Shown here one piece after another: positions 13,214-26,000 of a stretch of 64,000 bases of DNA. Made by a program: the position numbers and the translations under genes. Below the pieces are notes generated by a model that was not told the origin of the DNA, did not search any database, and worked only from the letters and a program-made list of their open reading frames with translations. Position 1 is the stretch's first letter; every line of letters begins with the position of its first letter. Source of the DNA: Botryllus schlosseri (lineage: Eukaryota); NCBI GenBank assembly GCA_051294905.1, contig CM119372.1:35528001-35592000 (forward strand). The letters are read 5' to 3'.

Positions 13214-13505
13214 CCACACAAGGAAGATGATTACCGACTTCCGGGTTTCGAAAAGAAGAAATTTGGATGCTACCGAAAGAGACTATTATTAAATGGGCGC
13301 CAAGTATGAGCACCATTTGGATAAGGTCACCATACCGGCCGAATCGACCGACAATCGTATATCGTGCATTTATGTATGAAGGAGGCAGAAAGGCATCTCC
13401 GATAATTGTGTTTACGCATCTTGAGAATTCGGAAGTTGTTAACTTTGGTTATGGTACGCCACATTCCAATCCGGAAATATAAACCAATTACCTGAATATC
13501 AAAAC

Positions 13506-13802
13506 CAGCAGTTCTCAACCGTTGGTCTGCGGACCTCTAGGGGTCAGCAAAGCATTTTCAAGGGGTCCGACAAGCCTCTAAATTTGCACAAGGGTTAATA
13601 CCTTAATTTGTATTTCTTTAAATTAGGGAAATAATGGGGCAGTTTCACTTCATCGCTGCTGAAACCTGAATACTCACATCTACAGAATGGACGTTTTGTT
13701 GGGATTTATGGTAAAATATAAAGGTCACAGTCGTGCAGGTCAATCAGAGTGACTTCAAAACGTTTGCAAAACCCAAAAAGACAAAAAGGTTGAGAACCAC
13801 TG
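13506..13802. mobile_element. hAT (Charlie/Buster-like) MITE just 3' of opsin A
   Basis: CAGCAGTTCTCAACC ... GGTTGAGAACCACTG; TSD ATCAAAAC/ATCTGAAC. Confidence 0.75.
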
Positions 13803-14721
13803 ATCTGAACGCTTACATCCAATAATAAAAATGGGAATATTGCTGCTTCTATTTCTCCTGGTTAGCATCAGTAGCAATTTCAACATGTATTTTTGCAGCG
13901 AAAAACTGCAAATGGAAACGGAAAATTCTTTACTATGTGTGTACACGTTTTGAAATGAACAATGTTTAATTAGCAGCACACCTATGAATGTGGCGCGTGT
14001 GAATGCCAGGAAGCGTTTCTTCGCCCGGGTATCGACGTTATCCCGGATCTAAAGAGTGTTTTATGTAATATACATTACCTCTTTACACAGTGATCGGAAC
14101 TCCGTGTGTCTTGTCTAACATTTTCTTCTATAAATGCCGGTAGCTGTGTTCAAATTTACCGCAAGTGGTAAAAATGATAACGTGATATTATTTTATCGCT
14201 TGCTTTGCGTCTACTGCAGAGGTGGCCAACCTGCGGTCGTAGAAGGAAATTTGTGCGGCCGTGGACACGTTATTCAATTTGTATGTGTTGGCGGCTGTCG
14301 ACATGCAATTTTAATTTACGAATAGACTACCGATTTCTTGAGAGATTTTAACTGATCTTGAAATTTATGTCGCGCTTGGCGCGATTCAATGCGACTTAAT
14401 TTTTTTATTTTGATTCATAGTAGCGCCATTTCCAATCATCAGCACAGATTCCAATTTCCAATCATCAGCACAGATTCGAACAGCAGAAGAAAATGCTGCG
14501 CTCCATTTTGAAATACAAACTCGCAATCGTGTGCTCCTCACTATACCGACAATCCTGATGGGAGGTCAAGAAATAACGGCATGCAACAAAGTGACCATTT
14601 GACCAATAACAATTTATAACTTGCCCTAAATTTTAGAAAACACCCCCCTCCATCAACTTTACCAGTGATACCAGTGAATCTGATCACATGGGCTAAGGAA
14701 GGATAATTTTTTTACAGCAAT

Positions 14722-16725
14722 CAGTGTTGGGATCAAGTCACTACCTTCGGGTCACGAGTCATTGCACATTTTGACTCGAGTCACGTCAAGTCAATGGATT
14801 TTCGAAGGTGACTCGAGTCAAGTCAAGTCACTCGAATTTTGGAGATGACTCGAATCAAGTCGACTCAAGTCAAGTCAAGTAACGAGTCAAGTCACAATCC
14901 AAGTCAAGTTGCCTTTTGGAAGTAGGCCTATGAGGCATGATTACGTCATTGCAATTTGATACGTGTCTGAAATACAGATTGAGTGGTCATTGTTATTTTG
15001 AGCCGATGAACGAATATAGAGTAAAATATACACGAAATAAGGCGCTGTTTCGCTCACATATACGCATAATTTCTAACCTACGTGAGTAATTGCATAGCCT
15101 CAGTTTAAAGTTACCAGCCAATCTAGAGAATAGAGAAACTAATTGATAAGATGCAATACATTTTCCATTTACAAATAGATATGATACAATTCGAGCCTGC
15201 GCCAATGGTTGAGGACTATAATAAATAATATTCGAATTCAATTTCAATAAAACAATAGGTTTGGTTAAGGGGCTAAGCTACCCCTCGAATTGCAAAATCA
15301 GTCATACACCTATAACTTCGAAAATAGGAAATCGATCTTTCTGAAATTTGCACACAATGTGCTTCAGTGGATATCCTAACATTGGTTAAAATTTTGTGTG
15401 AAACGGCCAACTATTTTTGACGTTTACCGTGTTTCCGTGATTTTTGAAATCAATTTTAGAAAATCTTTTCGCAGAAAAATTTTTTGGTGAAATTTTTTCA
15501 CGGTGCGATTTATAGATTCTAATTACTCCAAATTACGGACTCAAAAGGTTTTTTGATCATAATGTAAGTTCTTTTCAGGAAAAAAGTTTTTGTTCCGATT
15601 TTTTTTTTAAATCATCAATTTTTGACTTCGATGAACCGAAATGGAGGTAACCCTTACCTAAACGAAAAAATCAACCTTTTCATCCTGTTTCCACGAGGAA
15701 GGTCCATTACACTGTTGACAATTCACCAATGAATTAACAGTGTCCAAAAAAACAAAGCCCACTAGTTGAAAAGTTTCTTCACGGCAGATTTCATCAGTAG
15801 CAGATCTCATATGATGGAATGCCATGACTCTTTTTTCAACTGGGGTTACCTCGACTTCCTTTGGCTTCTTTCTTGTCCCATCACCAATTTTCTTCCCATG
15901 AAATTTCTTTTTTTTACGACCATAAGCTTTTACAGTCGCCTTCTTCCCACCCATCTTGCAAATAATAACCAATCTTTAGTACCAACATGCAGATATCGCA
16001 AAAAATCAGTCACTAAACCTGTCTCTCTGCACACAAAAACCGACTAAAATAGCCAAGCCTGGCTCCCAGCCTGTTGTTTTGATGTTACGCATGACCAGCT
16101 ACACCATAGATACCCGAAATACCAAATTTAGTGACAGAGAACAACGTAGAGCCAAGGAACTTGGGATATTGTCGGCGGCTGTTGCTTGAGATGAGGAGGG
16201 AGGGGGGTTGTATAGGCTCAGAAAATATCGAATTTAACAAAGTTAGGATTATCCAATCATTAAAAGATTTGGATAGATGAAAGATCAAGTCGAATAGAAG
16301 TTATTTTACCAAAAAAAAAGAAAATCGAAATTTTTTCAATTTCGTGGGTAGCTTAGCCCCTTAAGGTAAGAGCAGAGTACAGAAATAGACATTTTGCTAT
16401 TAAATTACTTTACTATACTGATTTACGACAACGTAAGCTGTAAGCTTCGATAACTTCGTTTACGGTCAATTTATTCGTGAGAGAACAATGGAGGCTCACT
16501 AAAACGCACGATCACTGAGCGATTGGTCGCTCTCACGGGTTACACCAGCGTTTCGCGAACAATCCTAACATAAGCAAGATACAGTGATTTTTATCGACAC
16601 TGATTGCTTGATGACTTGAAATTGACTCGTGAATTTTGCTCCGAGTAACGAGTCAATCCACATTTCTTATACGCCGAGTCAAGTCAAGTCATACGAAAAA
16701 GGTGACTCGAGTCATCCCAACACTG
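14722..16725. mobile_element. MITE family B1 (TIR CAGTGTTGGGAT; GACTCGAGTC/AGTCA arrays), interrupted by a TTAA element
   Basis: 12-bp TIRs; TSD ACAGCAAT/ATAGTAAT; colinear in inverted orientation with 18084-18996 once 15269-16364 is removed. Confidence 0.88.
15269..16360 (-). mobile_element. Kolobok-like non-autonomous DNA transposon with a probable transposase N-terminal remnant (15954-15658)
   Basis: TTAA on both sides; 15-bp perfect TIR GGGGCTAAGCTACCC (purine termini, unlike the CC ends of piggyBac); internal ORF MGGKK...GRKKKKFHG...CQQC; empty site CCTTAACC in the B1 copy near 18470. Confidence 0.8.
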
Positions 16726-18083
16726 ATAGTAATATATAAAACTACTAATAATAATGACGAAATTCATTAGTGAAACTGAAAAAAATTTCGCGCTTCTCGC
16801 AATTGTGACCAGTATGTTACATGACCACGCAGACACCACTCTCGACTTTGTTTCGTATAGTAAGCCTGCGTGATTAAATAGCTTAGTTCGGAGTTCCCCG
16901 GAAATGGCCACAGACCAGACACTTTAGCTAGTTCATTTCGACTATCCCCTGGATTGCGGCCGTAGGCTACATCAGTAGACGAAATACAGCCGTGAATCGC
17001 AAAAAGGTTGGTCACCCCTGGTCTATTCGAAAGGATGTGGACTGATGAAGCAATTCATTATCGCTAAAAATTTATTTTGGCGAGTAAATGTTAACTCGTC
17101 GTTTTATGTGGAGCGCTTTGACGGTACAAATATTTACAGCCTGCCTGGGGTCATAATAGTTATGCAAATTGTCGTTTAATTATACGCCAGAGCCATGAAC
17201 AACATATAATCCTATGACATACCCACAGTTCGCTGGAATAATGATACAAGCAAAACTAAGCTTTTAACCACAGTCATATTTTCCCAAATAGCTCTAAAGA
17301 TTTTGCAAACCCCCGGTTCAAAACTTGTTAATTTATTCACAGCTGCTGATTGGACATGCATTGATGGATGTTTTATATTACTATTCATTTTCAATTGCTA
17401 CCAAGATTTTGTATATAGCTCTAGCCGTTCTTTCATAACCTTGTCGGCTGGAATTTTCGGAATTAGCTCTATTTTCACGAACAAGAAGTTCAGCACCATC
17501 TTCCTATGTTTTTCTTGGTTACCGTTAATGATTATTTTATATCACCTGAGCTCAATTACGTAGCGTCATTACGACCATGAGGTTAAATGGGGGTACCCGC
17601 AATAATTGTTGCCCAATTTATCGTATTTGTTGCACACTTTCCATGAAGTATTTGAAAATACAGTGAAAAATTGCTTTTGGTGTTAAGGAACGGCATTTCG
17701 TATAATATACGACGTATGTTATTATTAATTTGCATGAATAAAAAAGAATAAATAATATACCCAATGTACTGCAACCGTTTCGTATAGGCATGCCAAGTAA
17801 GTATAGTCAAGATATATGTGAACATACATCTATACATCTATTCCAAGGCGAGGGAGCCTGCGACTTGCTTTATTAATTTGGCTTCAGTGACTATCTTAGT
17901 CAAGTCTATAGCAAAGCAATAACTTCGAATGTTGGGCGATTTATTTCTAATAAACATACCTGAGCTCAAGTTTATAATTTAGTCGCACTACTTATAACAT
18001 GGATACAATAGATGTCGGATTATTAAAGGTATCATCGTAACGAGTAGACGGAAATATCCGGAACCAGCGTCGTGTGTATTTTA

Positions 18084-18996
18084 CAGTGTTGGGATGACTC
18101 GAGTCATGACTTGACTCGAGTCAGACTCGAGTCACTTTTTTCGTATGACTTGACTTGACTCGAGTCACTTTTCTAAAATGACTTGACTTGACTCGGCGTA
18201 TCAGAAATGTGGATTGACTCGTGACTCGGAGCAAAATTCACGAGTCAATTTCAAGTCATCAAGTAATCGGTGTCGATAAAAATCACTGTATCTTGCATAT
18301 GTTCGGATTGTTCGCAAGACGCTGGTGTATCGCGTGAGAGCGACCAATCATTCATTCAATGATTGTGCGTTTTACTGAGTCTCCATTGTTCTCTCACAAA
18401 TTTAACGTGATTTAAAGTAATTTAAGGTAATTCCATAGCCAAATGTGTATTTCTGTTCCCTGTTCTTGCCTTAACCAATAACCTCTTGTTTTATTGAAAT
18501 TGAATTCGAATGTAGTTTATATAGTCCTCAACCATTGGTGCAGGCTCGAATTGTATCATATCAATTTGTAACTGGGCAATGTATTGCATCTCATCAATTC
18601 GTTTTCTCTATTCTCTATTTTAACTGGTCACTATAAACTGAGGCCATGCAATTACTCTAAGTATTTGTGAGCGATACATCGCCTTCTTGCGTGTATATTT
18701 AACTCTATATATTCGTTCATCGGTTCAAAATCAATAACCGATCAGTCTGTATTTCAGACAGCTAGCAAAATGCAATTACGTTAGCATGCCTCATACTTCG
18801 AAAATGCTATTTGACTTGAACTGTGACTTGACTCGTGACTTGACTTGACTTGACTCGAGTCACCTCCAAAAATCGAGTGACTTGACTTGACTCGAGTCAC
18901 CTTCGAAAATCTATTGACTTGACTTGACTCGAGTCAAAAAGTGCAATGACTCGAGATGACTCGTGACTCGAAGGTAGTGACTTGATCCCAACACTG
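18084..18996. mobile_element. MITE family B1, intact
   Basis: TIR CAGTGTTGGGAT; perfect 8-bp TSD GTATTTTA. Confidence 0.93.
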
Positions 18997-20161
18997 GTAT
19001 TTTACCAGTGTATCACGATACTCAAAATTATCCCGAAACCATTTTGTATAATATGAAATCTATGATGTAAAAAGGAATTTATTTTATTCAGAAACAGCAA
19101 AGTAAAGTATAATCGAAAATAGATTCCGTAACTATCAGCGACAAGACTATTGTTTGCGGTTGCGCATGTTTTAGTTGTTCTCTGTTTGATGTTTTTAAAG
19201 GAATCAGTTTCCAATTCAACTGTCTTTTATTTCCATCTCGCTTTTCTAATCATTCTAATTGACTGATTTTGATCCTGAATATTTAATTATTACTGTTCTA
19301 CTTTCCTATTCTCTTGCCTTTATATTTTCCTCGTGGCCGTTGCATCATTCTCCATTCCATCGAGCAACGGACGAGAAAGCACTATTGCGAATTGTTTCGA
19401 CGCGGCACTGTTGTCAATTGCCAATTTACCAGGCGTCGAATCCTGTCTGCTCAGCTAAATCTGCTTCCCAGACTCAGCAAACCTTGCGTATCAGTCTTGT
19501 ATTTTGCAGCTCGACTAGTAGGAATAACTCTGTAAATGAGTAGTTGCTTTCCACAATGATGGGTATCATGCATACCTATATATATTTGTAGCAGTTATCA
19601 TGTTATTGCATAAACTAACATCCATATACTATTATTACTGATGTTGCCGTTTTGAAATCACACAGTAAAGAATTGTTTTCTCGGAAAGAAAATCGTTGAA
19701 AACGAATTTGCATGTTCGTCGTTGCCTATATACCGCTGTCACTAGCACCAAAGCCATTTGATAGGATGCGTGACTGTCATAATTTATTTTTTATTTCCTC
19801 GCTACGAGACATATTAACGGACTTGGCTTTTGGTGAATGATAGGGAGGGAATTGAGATTGAAAGTAATTAATGACTAATGTGCGACCAAGACATGAGACT
19901 CAGTCACAGTTTGTTACGAAAAAGTCAGTTTTAGGCACAGAAAGTGATATATGTTGCCTTATTGTTGTCGGAAACGCATATTTTATCGCGGAATATAGTA
20001 GTATTTCAAGCCAATTATATCATTAGTTACTTTGCTATATACCCAAAGTTTTCGGGTGTTATGTCATTTTCATTTCCCAAGAAAAACCCTAAAATGAAAT
20101 AATTTACTAAAGATATACCAGATTCGTTATGAACGGGCGATATATCGGTTTTGTTAATCAT

Positions 20162-21615
20162 TAGGGATGGTGCGAACCAGGGTTGTAACCAAGTCACAAG
20201 GCTCCTAGTCCCATGTCAATCTAACTTCTATAGTTTTGACTCGAGTCTAGTCGAGTCATTTTCAATTCACCTTTGAGTCAAGTCCGAGTCCAAGTCATCA
20301 AGCAGAGGGTCGAGTCCGACTTATGGTATTATGACTCGAGTCCGATCACAAGTCATTATGTTGACTGCTCAGTTTCGAGTTAAAGTATTGGTAAACCCAC
20401 TTATATAACTGTGTTAGGCGATATAGAATGGTTCGCATTTATAATATACTAATTTTCCTCATTTTTCGCAATTTTGGTGGCGTTTTCAAGTACCATTACC
20501 AATAGACGAAATCCCAATAGGGTGGTTACTTTACTAATCTTCGAAATTACAATGAAATGTCGGTTTTGACCATCTGAGTCTCGAGTCATATGACTTGGTT
20601 CGAGTCATGCGCAATGACTCGAGTCCGAGTCGAGTCAATACACAGATTGACTCGAGTCAAGTCGAGTCATCAGAAAACCGTGACTCGAGTCATGACAACC
20701 CCGGTGCGAACCCCTGAAGGTTCAGGTTCGTTTGAACACGAACCTTTTTGAAAGGTTCTGTGTGAACGCGAACGTGAACCTTGTGACGTCATATTGCTAA
20801 TTCCAACCCTACATGTCAGCGAAGTGATATATTATCAACTGAAGCAATCAAATGCTATAATAAACCCATAAAATTTATAACTTCTGCCGCTTTGCCAACA
20901 ATTTGGACGAGGACCTGCGAGGGAATATGAGCTTACGCCTTAACGCTTCATTCCAGACCGGACAATGTATTTGGCATCTGACTATTACGACATTGGTATT
21001 GAGCAGAGTGTAAAACGGGTTTCTATACTTAACTGATATTACCCCATAAACGAGTTACACAGAAGCCAACACCCTAATCGCACTGATTTGGTTTTTATGA
21101 TGCTGCAAACATATCAAATCAAGATAGATCCCGTATACCTGCTGGATTTTTCACATTAGACAACGACGTATTCTTTATATCAATTTCAATGATTGGTTGA
21201 ATGAAAAAGCATCATTTGCTGACTACCTACATGTCCAGTATTTCGTTATTGATATTGTGTGATTGCGGGTCATGCTCCCTGCAGAGATTCACTAAATATT
21301 CACAATAGGAAGGCTGAATATTTCGAGCGAACCTTAATAACAATGCAAGTAAAATTTCTGAGATTGGCAAGATGTATGCTCGTTTCGTGTTGATGTTTTT
21401 ATTCTGCCAGCGCCTTGCATAGAGTGGTCTGAAGTTGAAATTGAAAGAATTTAAACCAAAGATGTAATATTTATGTGATAAATTGTAATACATGAAAAAG
21501 GTTCACAATGCAGAACCTACCAAGGTTCGTTTGTGAACGCGAACCTCTAAATATCTGAATATCTTAGGTTAACATACATAACGCGAACGTGAACCTCACG
21601 TTCACACCATCCCTA
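20162..21615. mobile_element. MITE family A with a nested B2 element
   Basis: TAGGGATGGTG ... CACCATCCCTA; TSD TTAATCAT/GTAATCAT. Confidence 0.88.
20178..20703. mobile_element. MITE family B2 (TIR CAGGGTTGT; GACTCGAGTC arrays)
   Basis: Perfect TSD GTGCGAAC (20170-20177 and 20704-20711); homologous to 48504-49087. Confidence 0.9.
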
Positions 21616-22901
21616 GTAATCATAACACATAGTGCTAAATGTTCATGAGACGGATTAGCCGACAATTTCTATTCAGTATTCATATTGCAATCGCGACAAA
21701 CTGGGTGTTTCGGTTCGTGTAGCGATCCCACCGTTACCAATGTCGCGACTTGGGCTCGGTAAATGTAGCGGGCTGAAGAAATGTGGTCATTAGCAATGGA
21801 TGGGTTCCTCCATATATCGCCAAAGATTTATTCGAATAATTCGAAGTATAATGAGATGATTGCTAAAACTTTGGGCTGTGAAGATGTATATCATTGGATG
21901 GAACTAAATGCAGGATTTGGAAACGATAAACAGATTAAAATGAATGAAGCAAGCAATAAACAATAAAGCAAGCATCTTGAATGGTAATACCGATAATACC
22001 GATAGATCTAACGCCAAACTCTTGCGGAAAAATAGTGCATTATACTTGTGTTTCGCTATCCGCATAATTTTTAAACTGCTCTATCCAACGAGGATGACAC
22101 GGAACTGGGATACCTGCTGGCTAAACCCGTTGTCGTGTCAATGGAATTTGGTTTTACAATGAGTTTGAGATTAGTAGTAGGCCTATTATTATGAGGATTC
22201 ATATCGTATATAATGAATGCATTCACCAGTCAAAATGTAAATTGAAGTGATAACTATATGTACCTATCAATATGTAGCTATATCGGAATGATATAATCGA
22301 TATCCCTACGGCCTACACACTGTATTATGGATATTGTTGATTGCAATCACAGTGTGCGGTGTTTATACGGTCAGCGGCACCTCTTCCTCATTAGCAAACA
22401 TGTTTTGATCACTGAGAAGATTGAATTATTCGGTTACTAACCGTTGAACTAATGATTGAATCATGTTATGATCGTAGTGTTCCATTGGCAACTCATAATC
22501 TCTTATTGTAACTTGAACTATTATCCTGCTGTGCTCTATACTCTGTGATCGTATGTCCTATTTTCCTATAATTATTATATGTAATGGGCACGTGGATTAA
22601 TTTCCGAGGCATTTTCTTACAGGTGGTAATGCAGACTGTCGTACACCAAACCATTCTGGTGCTTATAAGCGCCACTAGACTTTTATACAATAGCACCAAT
22701 AATTATACCCGAGTACGCGAGAGCTAATCTAGCTGAAAGATATTTGCTTGTTGTGTGAGTTTTTATAACACTAATCATACCCGATTTTAATTGTAAGCTA
22801 TGATTTTCAGCAAACATATATATATCGGGCATAACACAGCCCCTTGACCATAACACAATTTATACGGTGCGTATATGTCGGATCAATGCTTTGCCAGCAC
22901 T

Positions 22902-23042
22902 ATGAACGAAAGCTTCCACGAGTACGAGGAATATCAAGCTCCTGTTTGGATGCGGGCTGGAATCATAGCTTACATATCGCTGGTTACAATTTCTGGTACA
23001 CTAATGAATGGTGTTGTTATTATTGCCTTCTACAAAAATAAG
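22902..23042 (+). CDS. Opsin B exon 1
   Basis: MNESFHEY...MNGVVIIAFYKNK; donor gtaagt. Confidence 0.87.
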
Positions 23043-26000
23043 GTAAGTAAAGTGTTTCTGCCTGGCGTTACTAAAATTATATCTACAAACAATTTTCAAG
23101 CTGCATAAAACATTAATACTTGAGATTCTCCTATTAGAAAAGTGGATGGTATTATCGGATCTCAGCCTCTGTAACCACGCGATTTGGAAAACGGAAGTAT
23201 AGTTGGCCTATGAACCGTCAAACGTTAGACACCAACATCTCGCAATGTCATAATAAGATTGAAACCGTGGTCGGTGCTAGGCTCAGTATAGTTTAAATCG
23301 TGGTTCCTAAGATATTCTGGTATTTGAAGACGATAAAACAAATATTCAGCGGGAATTTTAAAGCCTGCAGTTTTCGGCCATCATCCGGTGGTAAGGCAAC
23401 AGTGTTTTGGCAATAGGTATGAAGTAATACTCTTATATCAATGTGGCATCGCCATACCTCAATTGCTCAGAATCAATTGTGTTCGAGAACCGGGATGATA
23501 AAATGAACGACTAAGATGTGACCTGCTGACAACAATTTGTCAGTTTTACTGATCAATGATCCAATTCGCCGGTGGTACCACAACGCTGCGCTACAACCCC
23601 ACATTTTATTAGGGCTATCTTAGCAAGTTATCTAACAATCGGGAATAAGGATGCCTCTGTTCCGAAATTTTAATTTTGAAATGTGAATTAGGGTTGTCCA
23701 AAATTTGGAAAATCTTACAAATCCTCCGTTGTAATGTCTTATTTTATAGATTATTGATAAAAAAAACGACACTGGGTCTAAAAGAAGCTCAGAGGAAGGC
23801 CGTTAAGATTTCGTGCAAAGCGTTAGAAAGTAGCTGCCGAAGAATGGGCGTGCCACCGACCATGGAACGGCGAGAATACCAGTAATCACGAAACCACGGC
23901 TCTTGATTGGCTAATCGGCTATGCTTCAATGACCGCGACAGCAGCAGCTTGCTGATTAGGTGATCAAGGAGTCTGCTAACGGCGGCGATTGTGAAAGCGC
24001 ATTGTATGTAGGTTGACAGATAATGATTTAAGATTGATTCAGAGTATGTTGAGGTACGAGATACATGATGAACAAACAACAGCTGCTTCACAAAAACGTC
24101 TGAAGCATGACCGCTTTATAGTGAAGGATACCGCCGTAGCCTATATGCCTTGTTTTCAACGAGGGAAAGCATAGGCGCTTAAGCAAGTGGCGAAAGATTC
24201 CTAGTTTCAGAAAGGATATATCATTTTTGAATACAAATATAAAGCTTAACAACGACACTATAATTTCTGTGATCTTATTGGGCTCAGGTTGTAGTACATG
24301 GTTGAAGTTTTGAATGCTCTAAGGATCGGCTGAATCAGCGGGTTTTGCTTGGCACTTATCAGATGCTCATATCAAAATGTATTCACTTGCAAGTGTTGTC
24401 AAGGTCCTTAATGATGACGCAGAAAAGAGGTGTAAAAGTAAGCACATACTATGCTGGATATGATATGTTAATGATATGGCAATTAAGTCCTTAATAATCG
24501 TGCAGAAAAGGGGGGTAAAGGTAAGCACAGAAAATGCTGCATAGTGCATAGTATCCAGCATAGTTGGTATATTATATCAAACATATTATGTGCTTACATT
24601 TACACTTCTTTTCTACGTCATCATTAGGGACTTTGACAACACTTGCAAGTGAATACAATTTTATGTGAGCATCTGATAAGTGCCAAGTATAACCCGCTGA
24701 TTCAGCCAATCCTTACAGCATTCAAAACTTCAACTATGTACTACAACCTGAGCCCAATAAGATCACAGAAATTATAGTGCCGTTGTTAAGCTTTATATTT
24801 GTATTCAATAATGATATACCAATTCTCAAACTGGGAATCCGTCGCCACTTTTTGTGAAGCAGCTGTTGTTTGTTAGTCATGTATTTCGTACCTCAACATA
24901 CCCTGAATCAATCCTAAATCATTATCTGTCAACCTACATTCAATGCGCTTTCACAATCGCCGCCGTTAGCAGACTCCTTGATCACCTAATCAGCAAGCAG
25001 CTACTGTCGTGGTCATTGGAGCATAGCCGATTAGCCAATCAAGAGCCGTGGCTTCGTGATTACTAGTATTCTCGCCGTTCCATGGTCGGTGGCACGCCCA
25101 TTATTCGGCAGCTACTTTCAAACGCTTTGCACGAAATCTTAACCGCCTTCCTGTGAGCTTCTTTTAGGCCTAGTGTCGTTTTTTTATCAATAATCTATAG
25201 AACAAGACATTACAACGGAGGATTTGTAAGATTTTCCAAATTTTGGACGACCCTAACGTGAATGTCTCTTCCAAAGTGGTTAATTTACCGCCCATGATAA
25301 TGAAGACAGTTAATATTTTAAAACTCGGCTGTTAAACAGAATCTTGTCTGTTTTAACTTCGGTAAATCAACCAAAAGCTTTTTCCTTAATAATTCAATGC
25401 GAGCAGTATGTCTGTAACACAGAATTCACAGATTATCGTCCATTGCCGGGATGAAAGAAACTCTGTTTTCTGCAATTCTTGCAATTTATCATTGAACCTG
25501 ATGGATTCGATTTTTCCGCCGTTATAGAACCCGAAGTGCTTCTCTCACTTTTGCAAGACGAGAGATATATCGATGAAGAAAAATAGTTTTAGTCATTTGC
25601 TTTGTGTCAGCGACAACAACTCTTTGTATTAGATTCAAGATTTGTGACTGGTTTTTGAACTACATAAAAAATACTTTATAATCCACATACAGCCTACCCC
25701 AATCGAAGTGAGTCTGTACTGACTAATAAATGCTTAATTATTACCATCCAATATTTGATGTAGAGATTTGGGTATTTTGAAAATGTGAGGTCTGAACCAC
25801 AACCACTACAGGATAATCAACTGTCTCAATCACGGCGCGTGAATATGTTGTCGAAGTCACATGGGGTCATATCAGCACATTCATTTCATACCTTCGTCTG
25901 AACCTAACTCATAATTATATAGCGATTATAAATCCTTCGTGACTACGTACATACCTCCGTACTTCCGTACCTGCATGTATATAATCTGGATTAAAATGTT

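Larger units (their letters stand above)
14217..17020. mobile_element. hAT (Charlie-like) MITE hosting nested insertions
   Basis: CAGAGGTGGCCAACC ... GGTTGGTCACCCCTG; TSD GTCTACTG/GTCTATTC. Confidence 0.7.

Noticed and set aside
14750..14910. Short-period AGTCA/GACTCGAGTC arrays that superficially resemble a CRISPR array or satellite
   Set aside because: There are no unique spacers, the context is eukaryotic, and the arrays lie inside TIR/TSD-bounded MITEs.
22560..22800. Otx/Crx-like (GGATTA, TAATCT) and TAATTG homeodomain sites upstream of opsin B
   Set aside because: These 6-mers are expected by chance in AT-rich DNA, the transcription start is unknown, and I saw no conserved arrangement upstream of opsin A.
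23789..25066. Near-identical ORFs on opposite strands (23789-24091 minus, 24854-25066 plus)
   Set aside because: They are a by-product of the foldback palindrome, start at non-ATG codons and show no domain similarity.
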